A program made the position numbers and the translations under genes. A stretch of 64,000 nucleotides of DNA from an uncultured Eubacteriales bacterium. Its GTDB lineage: Bacteria; Acidobacteriota; Aminicenantia; Aminicenantales; Saccharicenantaceae. The stretch covers positions 7,605 to 71,604 of the forward strand of contig CAYQZX010000054.1 in the NCBI GenBank assembly GCA_964422165.1, read 5' to 3'. Below, piece after piece: positions 46,983 through 57,224 of the stretch; position 1 is the stretch's first letter, and every line of letters begins with the position of its first letter. The notes beneath the pieces are model-generated. The model searched no databases. It was not told the DNA's origin and worked only from the letters and a program-made list of their open reading frames with translations.

Positions 46983-47260
46983 TTAAGGCCGACCTGATTA
47001 ACATAGTTTCAAAAGAGCTAAACATCTCCAAACAGGAAGCGGAAATGGGAGTTAATCTGTTTTTTGAGGCCATCAAAGAGGCTATTCTGAAAGGAGAAGA
47101 GATTGAATTCAGAGGTTTTGGCAGCTTTCGCTTCCGGCAAAGAGCTGCCCGGTCCGGTCGTAATCCCAGAACGGGAGAAGAGGTCAAAGTCCCGCCCAAA
47201 AAAGTCCTCTATTTTAAGCCTTCTAAAATTCTAAAGGAGATGCTCAATCAGAATAGATGA
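46979..47260 (+). CDS. HU/IHF family DNA-binding protein
   Basis: FGSFRFRQRAARSGRNPRTGEEV matches the HU/IHF arm motif. Confidence 0.85.
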   Translation: MIKADLINIVSKELNISKQEAEMGVNLFFEAIKEAILKGEEIEFRGFGSFRFRQRAARSGRNPRTGEEVKVPPKKVLYFKPSKILKEMLNQNR

Positions 47261-47760
47261 GATACTGCACCGCCCCCTGGAGACAGACCTACGTGAAAAA
47301 TTCACTAAAACAGAAAAAATGCATTTTTTGCCAGGCCCGGAAAAACAAAAATGATGAAGAGGCCCTGATTCTCTACCGCGGCCAGCACAATTTTGTCATA
47401 ATCAACCGTTTTCCCTACACCACCGGCCATCTGATGATTGCACCCCACCGACACCTGGCTGACTTCGCCCGGGCACCCAGAGAGGTGGTTCAGGAATCTA
47501 CGGATTTAATCCAGCTGGTGTTACGAATTTTAAAAAAGTGTTACCGTCCATATGGTTTTAACATTGGGATGAACCTGGGTCAGCCGGCCGGGGCCGGAGT
47601 GGCCGGTCATTTTCACATTCACGTAGTCCCTCGCTGGCCTGGAGATTCTAACTTTATGCCCATCATCGGAGAAACCCGCGTCTTCTGTGAAGACCTGAAG
47701 ACCACCTACCTCCGGCTGAGACCTTACTTTGCCCGGGAAGAAAAGAGACAGGAGAAATAA
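47257..47760 (+). CDS. HIT family protein (GalT/Ap4A-phosphorylase-like branch)
   Basis: Histidine triad GHFHIHVVPR. Confidence 0.8.
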   Translation: MRYCTAPWRQTYVKNSLKQKKCIFCQARKNKNDEEALILYRGQHNFVIINRFPYTTGHLMIAPHRHLADFARAPREVVQESTDLIQLVLRILKKCYRPYGFNIGMNLGQPAGAGVAGHFHIHVVPRWPGDSNFMPIIGETRVFCEDLKTTYLRLRPYFAREEKRQEK

Positions 47761-47762
47761 CC

Positions 47763-49685
47763 ATGCTTAAAACGATGCGGAAAAACGTCAAATCACTGGC
47801 CCCAGTGCTCTGGATTGTAATAGCCACTTTTATCATTGCTATCTTTGCCGTCTGGGGTGGGGCCGGTCGCTTAGGCGAAGCCCGGCAGGCTAACACCATC
47901 GCTCAGATAGGCAAAAAAGATATCACCGCCGAAGATTATTTTCAGGTTTTGCGGCAGAGAATCGAACAGATGAAAAGAGAATACCCGAGCTTAAACCCCA
48001 CCCTGCTCCGCCAGCTCAACCTGCCCATGCAGATTCTTGAACAGATGGTCAACCAGCAAGTGCTTCTCTACATAGCCAGAGATATGGGGCTCAAGGTTAC
48101 TGACCGGGAAGTTCAGGAAAGAATAATGTCTTTTCCCATTTTTCAGAGAGAAGGCAAATTCGTCGGCTTTGAGGAATATAAAAGAATTCTTGACTGGAAC
48201 CACATTCCCCTGCAGAAGTTTGAGGAGAGCCTGAGAGAGGAAATTCTGCTCAACAAGGTGGTTCAGCTCCTGACCGCCGGAGTGGCCGTCACCGAGGATG
48301 AAGCCTGGGAAAATTACCGCAATCAGAATGAGACTGTTAAAATAGAATATCTGGTGGCTTCCACTGATAAGATAAAACTGGACATAGAACCGACTGAGGA
48401 AGAACTGAAGTCTCATTTTGAAAAGAATAAAGCCAAATATCGGGTTCCAGAAAGAAGAGAAGGAAAAGTGGTTTTCCTGAAGACCGAGGAGCTAAAAAAG
48501 GAAATCACTGTTTCTGAGTCAGAAATCGAAAAATACTACCGCGATAACCTCAACCAGTTCAAAGAACCAGGGCGAACCAGGGTAAGTCGGATTTACCTGA
48601 CATACAGTGAAGCCGACAAAACCCAGGCTCAATCTCTGGGCCAGATTTTAAAAACCAGGCTGGAAGGCGGGGAAGATTTCAGTGAGCTTGCTTCTCTGTA
48701 CTCCAAGGATGAAAAAGCCAAAAACGGTGGAGACTGGGGCTACTATGATTGGCAGAGCTTCACCCCTGAAGAAATTCAAGCAGTAAACAGACTGGAAGCC
48801 GGGCAGGTTTCAGAACCACTTGACCTTGGCTACGCTATCTCCATCTTAAAAGTTACTGAAAAAATGCCGGAAATCACCCGTTCCCTGGCTGAAGTGAAAT
48901 TCATGATTCAAAATAACCTTCTTGAACAAAAAGCCCGAAACCGAGCCACGGAAAGAGTGGAAAAACTGGCCCGGGTAGCCAGGAAAACCAAGAACCTGGA
49001 GCAGGCTGCCAGAAGAGAAGGCCTGCTAGTTCAGGATACCGGTTTGCTAAAGAATGGAGAACCTCTGAGCGGAATAGATTCCTCCGGGACCCTGAGCCAG
49101 ACTCTGTTTGAACTCAAAGAAAAAGAAATCTCCTCACCGGTCTTCACCTACGAAGGTGTGGGCCTGGTCCAGCTAACCAGGATAGACCCTGAACATCCGG
49201 CCTCTTTTGAAGAAGCCAGAGCCCAGGTTAAGGAAAACCTGATCTCAGAAAAGAAAAAGGCAATCGCCAGAGAAAAGCTGGCCTCACTCAAATACGGACA
49301 AGCGGTTAACTGGGAGGAGTTTGCCAGTAAAAATGGACTTGAATATAAAAGGGCTGAAAGTCATAAGCGAGGTCAGTACCTTAGTCTGATAGGTGATACC
49401 AAAGAGGTGGATAATCTGGTCTTCACTCTGCCTCTCAATCAACCGAGCGAGCCATTCGAGCTTACCGAAGGTCTGGCTGTGCTGAGAGTACTAGAAAGAA
49501 AGGAAGTCTCCAGAGAAGAATTTGAAAAGATCAAAGATCAGGAGCTGCAGAATCTTCTGGGGCAGGCCCGGGAAATGTTCCTGTTCAGCTACCTGCAAAA
49601 GGTAAGAGAGGATATGAAAATCCGGGTCAACTACGAGCTGTTTACCAAAATTACCGATGATGTTCTTGCTCGAATAAGCGAATAA
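47763..49685 (+). CDS. PpiD/SurA-like periplasmic chaperone with a parvulin (PpiC-type) domain and an N-terminal TM anchor
   Basis: N-terminal TM, a long chaperone domain and a rotamase-like SELASLYSKDEKAKNGGDWGY segment. Confidence 0.7.
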   Translation: MLKTMRKNVKSLAPVLWIVIATFIIAIFAVWGGAGRLGEARQANTIAQIGKKDITAEDYFQVLRQRIEQMKREYPSLNPTLLRQLNLPMQILEQMVNQQVLLYIARDMGLKVTDREVQERIMSFPIFQREGKFVGFEEYKRILDWNHIPLQKFEESLREEILLNKVVQLLTAGVAVTEDEAWENYRNQNETVKIEYLVASTDKIKLDIEPTEEELKSHFEKNKAKYRVPERREGKVVFLKTEELKKEITVSESEIEKYYRDNLNQFKEPGRTRVSRIYLTYSEADKTQAQSLGQILKTRLEGGEDFSELASLYSKDEKAKNGGDWGYYDWQSFTPEEIQAVNRLEAGQVSEPLDLGYAISILKVTEKMPEITRSLAEVKFMIQNNLLEQKARNRATERVEKLARVARKTKNLEQAARREGLLVQDTGLLKNGEPLSGIDSSGTLSQTLFELKEKEISSPVFTYEGVGLVQLTRIDPEHPASFEEARAQVKENLISEKKKAIAREKLASLKYGQAVNWEEFASKNGLEYKRAESHKRGQYLSLIGDTKEVDNLVFTLPLNQPSEPFELTEGLAVLRVLERKEVSREEFEKIKDQELQNLLGQAREMFLFSYLQKVREDMKIRVNYELFTKITDDVLARISE

Positions 49686-49728
49686 ACCCTCTTTGTAATA
49701 AAAAAAATTTATCTATTAAGGAGGGCAA

Positions 49729-51729
49729 ATGGAGACTTCCAAAAAATCCCTGCCGCCAGAGGCTTACCGCGAGCTTGGCCCTGGCGAAAAGTACGTTCCC
49801 CTGGTACCGGCTGAAAAAATAATCCCCGAAGTTACTGTTCGTTCGGTTCTTTGGGGTTTGTTTATGGCCGTTTTCTTCACCTTTTCTATGGCTTACCTCG
49901 GTTTGAAAGTCGGAACGGTACCCGAAGCGGCCATTCCGATTGCCATTCTGGCCGTGGGTATTGGCTACGCCTACTCCCGAAAAAACACTATTCTGGAAAA
50001 TGTCATCATTCAGTCTATCGGAGCTGCCTCAGGGGCACTGGTGGCTGGAGCCATCTTCACCATTCCGGCTCTTTTCATCATAGGTTTGCCAATTGACATT
50101 TTTAAAATCTTTCTCTCTACTTTTCTGGGAGGCTGCCTGGGAATTCTGTTTTTGATTCCCTTAAGACGGTATTTCTGTGTCGAACAACACGGTAAATTAC
50201 CCTTCCCGGAAGCTACCGCCACTACAGAAATCCTGGTCTCAGGAGAAGGTGGTGGCGACCAGGCCAAGCCTCTGATTCTTGGAGTGGTGATTTCTGGAAT
50301 TTATGAATTCCTGGCCATCGGGGTTAGGCTCTGGGATGAAATCATAACTTTCCGTTTTCTGCCTTTCATGGACAAGCTGGCAGAAAAGAGCAAGATGGTG
50401 CTGAAGATAGACGCTCTATCGGCTTTCCTTGGTCTGGGCTATGTCATAGGACTTCGTTACAACGCCATTATTGTGGCCGGGGGACTGCTGTCACATTTCG
50501 GCTTCATCCCGGTCATCTGGTTCCTGGGACAGCATTTCCCGGAAGCAGTTTATCCCGGAAAAATTCCCATAGCTGAGATGAGTGAGGTTCAGATTTTCAC
50601 CACTTATGTCCGGAACATAGGCATCGGAGCCATTTTTATGGCTGGAGTTTTAGGAATAATTAAATCAATGCCCATTATGGCCCGGGCCTTCTCTCTCGGC
50701 TTCAAAGAAATACTCAAGGGAAAACAGGTCGCAGCTGAACCGGTGCGGACCGACCGGGACCTGAAGATGTCCACCATCATTACTGGAATCCTACTTACAG
50801 CTTTGGCTATTTTCTTCTACTTTATGTGGATTTCTAATCTGAAATTTGCCCTGATAGGGGTGGTCATCTGCCTGCTTTTATCTTTCCTGTTTACCACGGT
50901 GGCAGCCACAGCTATAGCCATTGTGGGCACCAACCCAGTTTCAGGAATGACTCTTATCACCATAATTCTCTCCAGCGTCATCCTGATTGGAGCCGGATTA
51001 TCAGGTAATGAAGGTATGGCGGTTGCCTTGCTGATAGGAGCGGTGGTCTGTACAGCACTGGCGGTCTCAGGCAGCTTTATCACCGACCTGAAAATCGGCT
51101 ACTGGATCGGAGCCACCCCACGCAACCAGGAAAGGTTTAAGTTTGCTGGCATTCTGGTTTCTGCCCTGACCGTTGGAGTGGCTATTTTCATCCTGGATAA
51201 AGCCTTCTCTTTCCAGAGCGGAGCCCTGGCGGCCCCTCAGGCCAATTTGATGGCTGCAGTTATCAAATCGCTGATGTCAAGAGAACCAGTTACCTGGCTT
51301 CTCTACGGGATAGGAGCCTCTATAGCCATCGTGGCTGAGCTGTGCAAAATTCCTCCGCTACCCTTAGCTCTGGGTATGTACCTGCCCCTTCACCTGACCA
51401 CTCCCCTTCTGGTCGGAGGTTTCCTGTCGCATCTGGTTAAGAAATCCAGCCCGGACAGAGAAGTGGCTGAAAAACGTCATAACCGAGGGATGCTGATTTC
51501 TTCCGGCTTTATCGCCGGTGGTGCTCTGATGGGAGTAGTCCTGGCTGTATTAAAACTGGCAAATCTTGACCACTACCTAAGTCTGGGAATTCCTATGGTG
51601 CTGGAGAACGGCAAGTGGGTTGACGGACTCCCCGCCAGCTGGTATACCCAGTACGGCCAGATAATCAGTCTGGCGGTCTTTATTCTCCTGATAGGTTTCG
51701 TTTACTTGCAATCTAAAAAAGCTAAATAA
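49729..51729 (+). CDS. OPT family oligopeptide transporter
   Basis: About 16 predicted TM segments, 666 aa, and Gly-rich helices typical of the OPT family. Confidence 0.75.
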   Translation: METSKKSLPPEAYRELGPGEKYVPLVPAEKIIPEVTVRSVLWGLFMAVFFTFSMAYLGLKVGTVPEAAIPIAILAVGIGYAYSRKNTILENVIIQSIGAASGALVAGAIFTIPALFIIGLPIDIFKIFLSTFLGGCLGILFLIPLRRYFCVEQHGKLPFPEATATTEILVSGEGGGDQAKPLILGVVISGIYEFLAIGVRLWDEIITFRFLPFMDKLAEKSKMVLKIDALSAFLGLGYVIGLRYNAIIVAGGLLSHFGFIPVIWFLGQHFPEAVYPGKIPIAEMSEVQIFTTYVRNIGIGAIFMAGVLGIIKSMPIMARAFSLGFKEILKGKQVAAEPVRTDRDLKMSTIITGILLTALAIFFYFMWISNLKFALIGVVICLLLSFLFTTVAATAIAIVGTNPVSGMTLITIILSSVILIGAGLSGNEGMAVALLIGAVVCTALAVSGSFITDLKIGYWIGATPRNQERFKFAGILVSALTVGVAIFILDKAFSFQSGALAAPQANLMAAVIKSLMSREPVTWLLYGIGASIAIVAELCKIPPLPLALGMYLPLHLTTPLLVGGFLSHLVKKSSPDREVAEKRHNRGMLISSGFIAGGALMGVVLAVLKLANLDHYLSLGIPMVLENGKWVDGLPASWYTQYGQIISLAVFILLIGFVYLQSKKAK

Positions 51730-51747
51730 AATCAAAGGAAGGTTAAT

Positions 51748-52695
51748 ATGAAAGGCAATAAACTTTATCAGGCAGCCGAAAAGGCTATTTTCCAATCATT
51801 AAAGCTTAAGCCTAAAGAAAGTTTTCTGCTGGTCACCGATAAACATAAGATGGAAATTGCAGAAGCTCTGGCTTTTTATGCTAAAAAGGCCGGGGCTGAG
51901 ACCACTACCTACCTGATGACTGAAACTCTGCGACCTATTACTGCCCCAACTAAATTGTTTAAATTGCTGACAGAAAAAGCTGATGTCATCACCTACCTTC
52001 TCGATGCCAGAATTGAAGAAAAACCTTTCCGGGGCTTCATGGTCAGCCAGGGAATGAAGTTAAGTCGCATCTGTATGATGCCCGGAATAACTGTGGATAT
52101 GATGGAGCGGCTGGTTAATATTGATTTCCACAAAATGAATGAATTTACCAAGAAAGTCATCAAAGCCATGAAGGATGCCGACCGGGTAATTGTGGAAAAC
52201 GAAGCTGGAACGAATATCAGTTTTAGCGTCAGGGGCCGGGAATGGCACAACGACAACGGCGACATCAGCAAGAAAGGAAAACATGGTAACCTGCCGGCCG
52301 GCGAATGCTACACCTGCCCGGTGGAAGAAACCTTTACTGGAAAAATTGTTATCAACCTGATTGATGATAAACTGGGACATGGCGAGATGGAATTCAAAGA
52401 AGGACGCCTGGTGCGCTGGAAGGGTAAAGGGATAGAAGAAATTGTCAAAAACATTGGCCGGGATGAAACGGGGTTCATCATCGGTGAGTTTGGCATCGGC
52501 ACTAACCCCGGCGCCCGCATCTGCCCCAACATGCTGGAGGCCGAAAAAGCTTATGGAACAGTCCATTTTGCCATCGGAGACTCCTACGGCCTGGGAAAAA
52601 ATAAAAGTAAGCATCACTATGATGCTCTGGTTGACAAAGCAACTATCATCGCTAAGGGGAAATACATCGCCAAGAATGGCAAGTTCTTAATTTAA
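51748..52695 (+). CDS. M29-like (aminopeptidase T/PepS family) aminopeptidase, short form
   Basis: GNLPAGECYTCP and VHFAIGD resemble the M29 metal-binding segments. It sits directly after the OPT transporter. Confidence 0.55.
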   Translation: MKGNKLYQAAEKAIFQSLKLKPKESFLLVTDKHKMEIAEALAFYAKKAGAETTTYLMTETLRPITAPTKLFKLLTEKADVITYLLDARIEEKPFRGFMVSQGMKLSRICMMPGITVDMMERLVNIDFHKMNEFTKKVIKAMKDADRVIVENEAGTNISFSVRGREWHNDNGDISKKGKHGNLPAGECYTCPVEETFTGKIVINLIDDKLGHGEMEFKEGRLVRWKGKGIEEIVKNIGRDETGFIIGEFGIGTNPGARICPNMLEAEKAYGTVHFAIGDSYGLGKNKSKHHYDALVDKATIIAKGKYIAKNGKFLI

Positions 52696-52837
52696 GTCAA
52701 AGACCATCTGTTCAAAGTTTGCCAGATTGAGGCTGGCTTTGCGGAAACAGAATAGATAGAAAAAACTAATAAAGTCATTTTAGCTTGATTATTAAACCGC
52801 TTTGAAGCGGTTGATAGTAATTGGCAATAGATCTTAG

Positions 52838-53842
52838 ATGGCAAGGGAGGTGGGCAGGATGAAGGGTTTTGACCTGAAACAGCTCTTGCCTCTTTACAAT
52901 GAGCTGGGAACTTTGAAATATGGAGGAACGCTGGATTTTTCCAGGCTGGAAAAAATTATGGAGCCCATCAGGCTCGGAAGCCAGGAACTTTCAATAGAGC
53001 ATCTCATGGCTTTAAAAGAAGACACTCACTTTCCGTCCTGGTGGAAGCTGCCCGAGATAAAAACTGAAGAGTTGAATTCTCTTAGAGGCTTATTTAAGAA
53101 CCTTAATCCCCTGGACTTCAAGGTCATTCAGAAACTATTTGAAATCTTCAAAAACATTGAAATTATGTCCTGCTTGCTGCGACTAATCTGCCCAAAACAC
53201 TACGGAATTTACAGCGCCCCGGTTGAGAATCTGCTGTCTATTAAAGCCGAAACTCCAGTCAAAAAATACCTGATTTATCTGCAAAACCTGGGGGAACTTC
53301 AGGAGCATTACAATTTCGAAAGACTGGCTGAAGTGGACATGTCTCTCTGGGCTCTTTGCTGTATTCTGAATGAAGATTTTCTCCAGCAAAACCCGCTTTA
53401 CCATCAAATCTACGAAGAATATCTTAAGACTACCAATCCGATAAAAAAAATCTCCGCCCGCAATGCTCTCCAGCACATCCGCCGAGAAAACCTAATCTAC
53501 CTGGACCTGGCTGAAATTTTCCTGGATACTGACCCGGAAATTGCCGGTATCCTGGCAGGGAAAGAACTGGAAGGCCTGGTTAACAGATTATATCTGGAAA
53601 TTCAGGTCAGACATAAACTTTACCCAACCACTAAAATTCCGGAGAAGCTGGATGAGCTAGCCAGGAGAAAAATCATCAGCGACCAGGTAAAAGACGAACT
53701 GATTAGCTGGTGGGATACCAGGAATAAAGCAGTTCACTGGGACCTGGCTCAGGCCGAGGGCTGGAAACTGGAAGGCTTGCATCAGAGAGTTCGGGAGATG
53801 ATAGCCGGGCTGAGAAGCCTGAGAGAAAAACTTTTTGACTGA
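52838..53842 (+). CDS. hypothetical protein with a C-terminal HEPN-like R-N-x3-H motif (WWDTRNKAVHWD); the likely true start is ATG 52859, preceded by a GGAGG RBS
   Basis: RNKAVH fits the canonical HEPN Rx4-6H motif (as in DUF4145/Abi-like HEPN). The rest of the protein is unassigned. Confidence 0.4.
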   Translation: MAREVGRMKGFDLKQLLPLYNELGTLKYGGTLDFSRLEKIMEPIRLGSQELSIEHLMALKEDTHFPSWWKLPEIKTEELNSLRGLFKNLNPLDFKVIQKLFEIFKNIEIMSCLLRLICPKHYGIYSAPVENLLSIKAETPVKKYLIYLQNLGELQEHYNFERLAEVDMSLWALCCILNEDFLQQNPLYHQIYEEYLKTTNPIKKISARNALQHIRRENLIYLDLAEIFLDTDPEIAGILAGKELEGLVNRLYLEIQVRHKLYPTTKIPEKLDELARRKIISDQVKDELISWWDTRNKAVHWDLAQAEGWKLEGLHQRVREMIAGLRSLREKLFD

Positions 53843-54069
53843 CATATAATTTCCCAGAAAGCTCTGACCGCAGGCCAACGTCCTGGAAATCTCAATCAAT
53901 CCACCAAAATTTGGGCTTTACTTTGATTAGCCCAGCAGTTTTAATCGATTACCCTCTTGTAGCTTCTTGAATCCACTGAGGAAAGTTTCAGTAAATTGTT
54001 TTTTGTTTGAAATTTTCCAGAAAATAAAGTTATATTTTTAACTTAAATCTAACCTGAGGAGACTGAAAG

Positions 54070-56715
54070 ATGATTAGAAAGACCTCAAGTTTTAAGTTCC
54101 CCAAAAATTTGATGCCACCCAACATCTACCTTCTATTTTTATGCTTTTTGCTGATATTCCCGCTCCAGGCAGTTTCTGTCGAGATTCCTTCCCCGGAAAA
54201 ATACCTGGGCCATAGGGTCGGTGAGGATTTCAAGCTGGCCAACTGGAAACAGATCAGCGAATACTTCAGACTGCTGGACGAAGCTTCTGACCGCATTAAG
54301 GTGGTGGAGCTTGGCCAGACCACTCTTGGCCGACCCCTCATTATGGCCATCATCACCTCTGAGGAAAACATGCCGGAATTAGAAAAGTACCGAAAAATCC
54401 AGGCACGGCTGCATGACCCGCGAGTGCTGCAGCCGGGTGAAAAAGAGCGCCTGATAAAGGAAGGTAAAGCCATAGTCTACATCAGCTGTTCCATTCATTC
54501 CACAGAAATAGCTGCTTCTCAGATGTCAATGGAGCTGGCTTACAAACTGGTCAGTGAAAACACTCCGGAAATAAAAAAGATTCTTTCAGAAGTAATACTC
54601 CTTCTTATTCCCTCGGCCAACCCGGATGGTATTGACCTGGTTACTGACTGGTACTACCGCACTTTGGGAACACCCTATGAAGGGAGCAGCATGCCCTGGC
54701 TTTATCACTACTACACCGGTCATGATAACAATCGCGACTGGTTTATGCTGACCCAGAAAGAAACCCAGCTCATGGCCCGGGTTCTCTACCAGGAATGGTT
54801 CCCCCTGCTGGTTTATGATGTGCACCAGATGGGCTCCACCGGCCCGAGATTTTTTCTCCCCCCTTATCAGGACCCCATTAATCCCAACCTCGACCCCCTG
54901 CTGCTCAGAGAACTATACCAGCTGGCTGGAGAAGCAGTCCTAAGCCTTACAAAAGAGGGGAAAACCGGGGTGGCTACCAACACTATCTTTGATGGCTGGT
55001 ACAACACGGCCAACAGGGCAGCCCCGCTCCGGCATAATGCACTGGGAATTTTATCGGAAGCAGCCAGTGCCAACATCGCCTCACCAATATTCATCAGACC
55101 ATCGGAGATAAGAGTTTCCGGGGCAGGAAACGAAATCCAATCAACTTACCTTGAACCATGGCCTGGAGGCTGGTGGCGGCTGCGCGACATAGTTGATTAC
55201 GAGTTGATAGTCGCCACTTCTTTTCTTAAGACCATCGCCAGCCACAAAGAGAAATACCTGGGAAATTTCTGCCTTTTCGCCGAACGGCAAATCCAGAGGG
55301 GTCTGAACGAGCCTCCATATGCCTATCTTATCCCTGAAAACCAGAAAGACCTGCCCACTGCCTTGAAGCTGATTGAGGTCATCCAGAAAAACGGAGCCGA
55401 AGTTTATCGGGCCGAAAAGTCCTTTAAGGCTGATGGTCTGGAGTACCCGGCTGGAACTTACGTCATACCCTTAGCCCAGCCCTACAGGGCCTTTATCAAA
55501 GACCTGCTGGAAAGTAAAGCCTATCCCCTGCCACCCGGTAGGGACCCAGCTCAATACCTGCCTTATGATGAAGCCAGCTGGACCCTTCCTTTTCAGATGG
55601 GGGTAAAAGTTGTTGAGGTAAATAACAAATTTGAAACTGCTCTCAAACTTTTACCACCGGTCAAAATCCCTGACAGCCATCTACAGGGAAGTGGTAGGAA
55701 GTATTTCATAGTTGACAGCAGTCCCAACAACACAGTTGTTTTAGCCAATCGCCTGCTCAAGAAAAAAATTCCGGCAGGCTTTACTGATAAAAAAGTTAAA
55801 GCCGGAAACAGAAATTTCCAGGCCGGAAGCCTCGTAGTGGAGCAGTCAAAACTTAGCCTGAACCAACTCAAGACTTTGTCCTCTGGTTTAGGACTTAGCA
55901 TTGGAGCAGTGGATTCCATTGAACCGGCCCGGTTAAAGCCTCTTGCCCCTTACCGCCTGGCTGTTTATCAGCCCTGGACGGCTTCTATGGATGAGGGCTG
56001 GATCCGCTGGGTTCTTGAACAATTTGAGTTTGACTTTAAGGTTATCCACAACGATGAAATAAAAGCCGGCGAGCTGGAGAAAGATTATACCCATATTATT
56101 CTGCCCAATCTCAGCTCAAGAGTAATCCTGGAAGGGAGAAGAAAGGGAGAGGTTCTCCCTGAATATGCCGGAGGCATAGGAGCTGAGGGAGTAGCTGCCC
56201 TCAACGCCTTTGTTAGAAAAGGAGGAATTCTACTGGCAGTTGAAAACTCGGCCGATTTCGCCATTGATTATTTTGGGCTTCCGGTTAAAAACATCATAGA
56301 ACCCAGACGCTCAAGAGCTGAGAGTGCGGCTGCACCTACTTCTTCCGATAGAGTAAGAGTCTATTCGCCTGGTTCAATTCTCAGGGTTATGGTTGACAAC
56401 TCCAGGAGCGAGACATATGGTTTTGAAGAAGAAGCGGCTATTTTCTCCTACTTCAGTCCGGTTTTTGAAACGGCAAAACAGGAAGACAGCCGGCTATCAC
56501 TGGTCGGCAGAATCTCGGTCCTGGCCTGGTATCCGCCTTCTGACCCTCTGCTCAGCGGCATTCTCATAAACGGAGATAAGCTCAAACAAAAAGCGGCTGC
56601 CCTGAGCTGTGAATTCGGTCAGGGGAAAATAGTCCTGCTGGGCTTTGATGTCATCCACCGGGCTCAGGCTCATGGTAGTTTTAAGTTCCTGTTCAATCCG
56701 ATAATCTACCGCTGA
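54070..56715 (+). CDS. M14 family zinc carboxypeptidase with a long C-terminal extension, secreted
   Basis: Signal peptide, an HSTE zinc-ligand segment (CSIHSTEIAAS) and a later HQMG, consistent with M14. Confidence 0.75.
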   Translation: MIRKTSSFKFPKNLMPPNIYLLFLCFLLIFPLQAVSVEIPSPEKYLGHRVGEDFKLANWKQISEYFRLLDEASDRIKVVELGQTTLGRPLIMAIITSEENMPELEKYRKIQARLHDPRVLQPGEKERLIKEGKAIVYISCSIHSTEIAASQMSMELAYKLVSENTPEIKKILSEVILLLIPSANPDGIDLVTDWYYRTLGTPYEGSSMPWLYHYYTGHDNNRDWFMLTQKETQLMARVLYQEWFPLLVYDVHQMGSTGPRFFLPPYQDPINPNLDPLLLRELYQLAGEAVLSLTKEGKTGVATNTIFDGWYNTANRAAPLRHNALGILSEAASANIASPIFIRPSEIRVSGAGNEIQSTYLEPWPGGWWRLRDIVDYELIVATSFLKTIASHKEKYLGNFCLFAERQIQRGLNEPPYAYLIPENQKDLPTALKLIEVIQKNGAEVYRAEKSFKADGLEYPAGTYVIPLAQPYRAFIKDLLESKAYPLPPGRDPAQYLPYDEASWTLPFQMGVKVVEVNNKFETALKLLPPVKIPDSHLQGSGRKYFIVDSSPNNTVVLANRLLKKKIPAGFTDKKVKAGNRNFQAGSLVVEQSKLSLNQLKTLSSGLGLSIGAVDSIEPARLKPLAPYRLAVYQPWTASMDEGWIRWVLEQFEFDFKVIHNDEIKAGELEKDYTHIILPNLSSRVILEGRRKGEVLPEYAGGIGAEGVAALNAFVRKGGILLAVENSADFAIDYFGLPVKNIIEPRRSRAESAAAPTSSDRVRVYSPGSILRVMVDNSRSETYGFEEEAAIFSYFSPVFETAKQEDSRLSLVGRISVLAWYPPSDPLLSGILINGDKLKQKAAALSCEFGQGKIVLLGFDVIHRAQAHGSFKFLFNPIIYR

Positions 56716-56873
56716 ACTTGAAATCCCGGGCCAGGGCTCAGAAGTAAACTTATCTTGCCTTAAAGACAACGGGAGTAAAGGAACTTTTCCTCGGCACGAA
56801 ATTTCTTCTCTAATCAGCGGCGACCTGAGGTTGGAATGATTTTTGCACAGTTTGAAGCCGAAAGTAGGTCCCG

Positions 56874-57116
56874 ATGAAAAACCTAAAATCTATAACTTCT
56901 TTTTTTTTAACTGCTTTAATGAGTCTGACCTTTTTAGTCGGACCGCCAGAAGTAATAGCTAATTCCGAAGAGAGTCTCTGTCAGATTATCTATTACCGTT
57001 GCGTCTTTGAGGCTTTAGCTGCTGAACAGGGCATTCTGGCCACCGTCAGAGCTCTTGAAGAATGCGAATTGAAGTTTGCTGTATGTCAGGTTATTATGAC
57101 TATAAGGATTCGCTAA
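56874..57116 (+). CDS. small Cys-containing secreted hypothetical protein
   Basis: Signal peptide and 5 Cys in 55 mature residues. Confidence 0.3.
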   Translation: MKNLKSITSFFLTALMSLTFLVGPPEVIANSEESLCQIIYYRCVFEALAAEQGILATVRALEECELKFAVCQVIMTIRIR

Positions 57117-57224
57117 ACTAAAACCAGGTTAATTTCCAGCTTGAAATAGATCGGTTAAAAGGTTAATTTTAGCATCTTCCGGGCTAGATCAAAAAATTTT
57201 TACTGATATCAGGGAGGTCACTCC

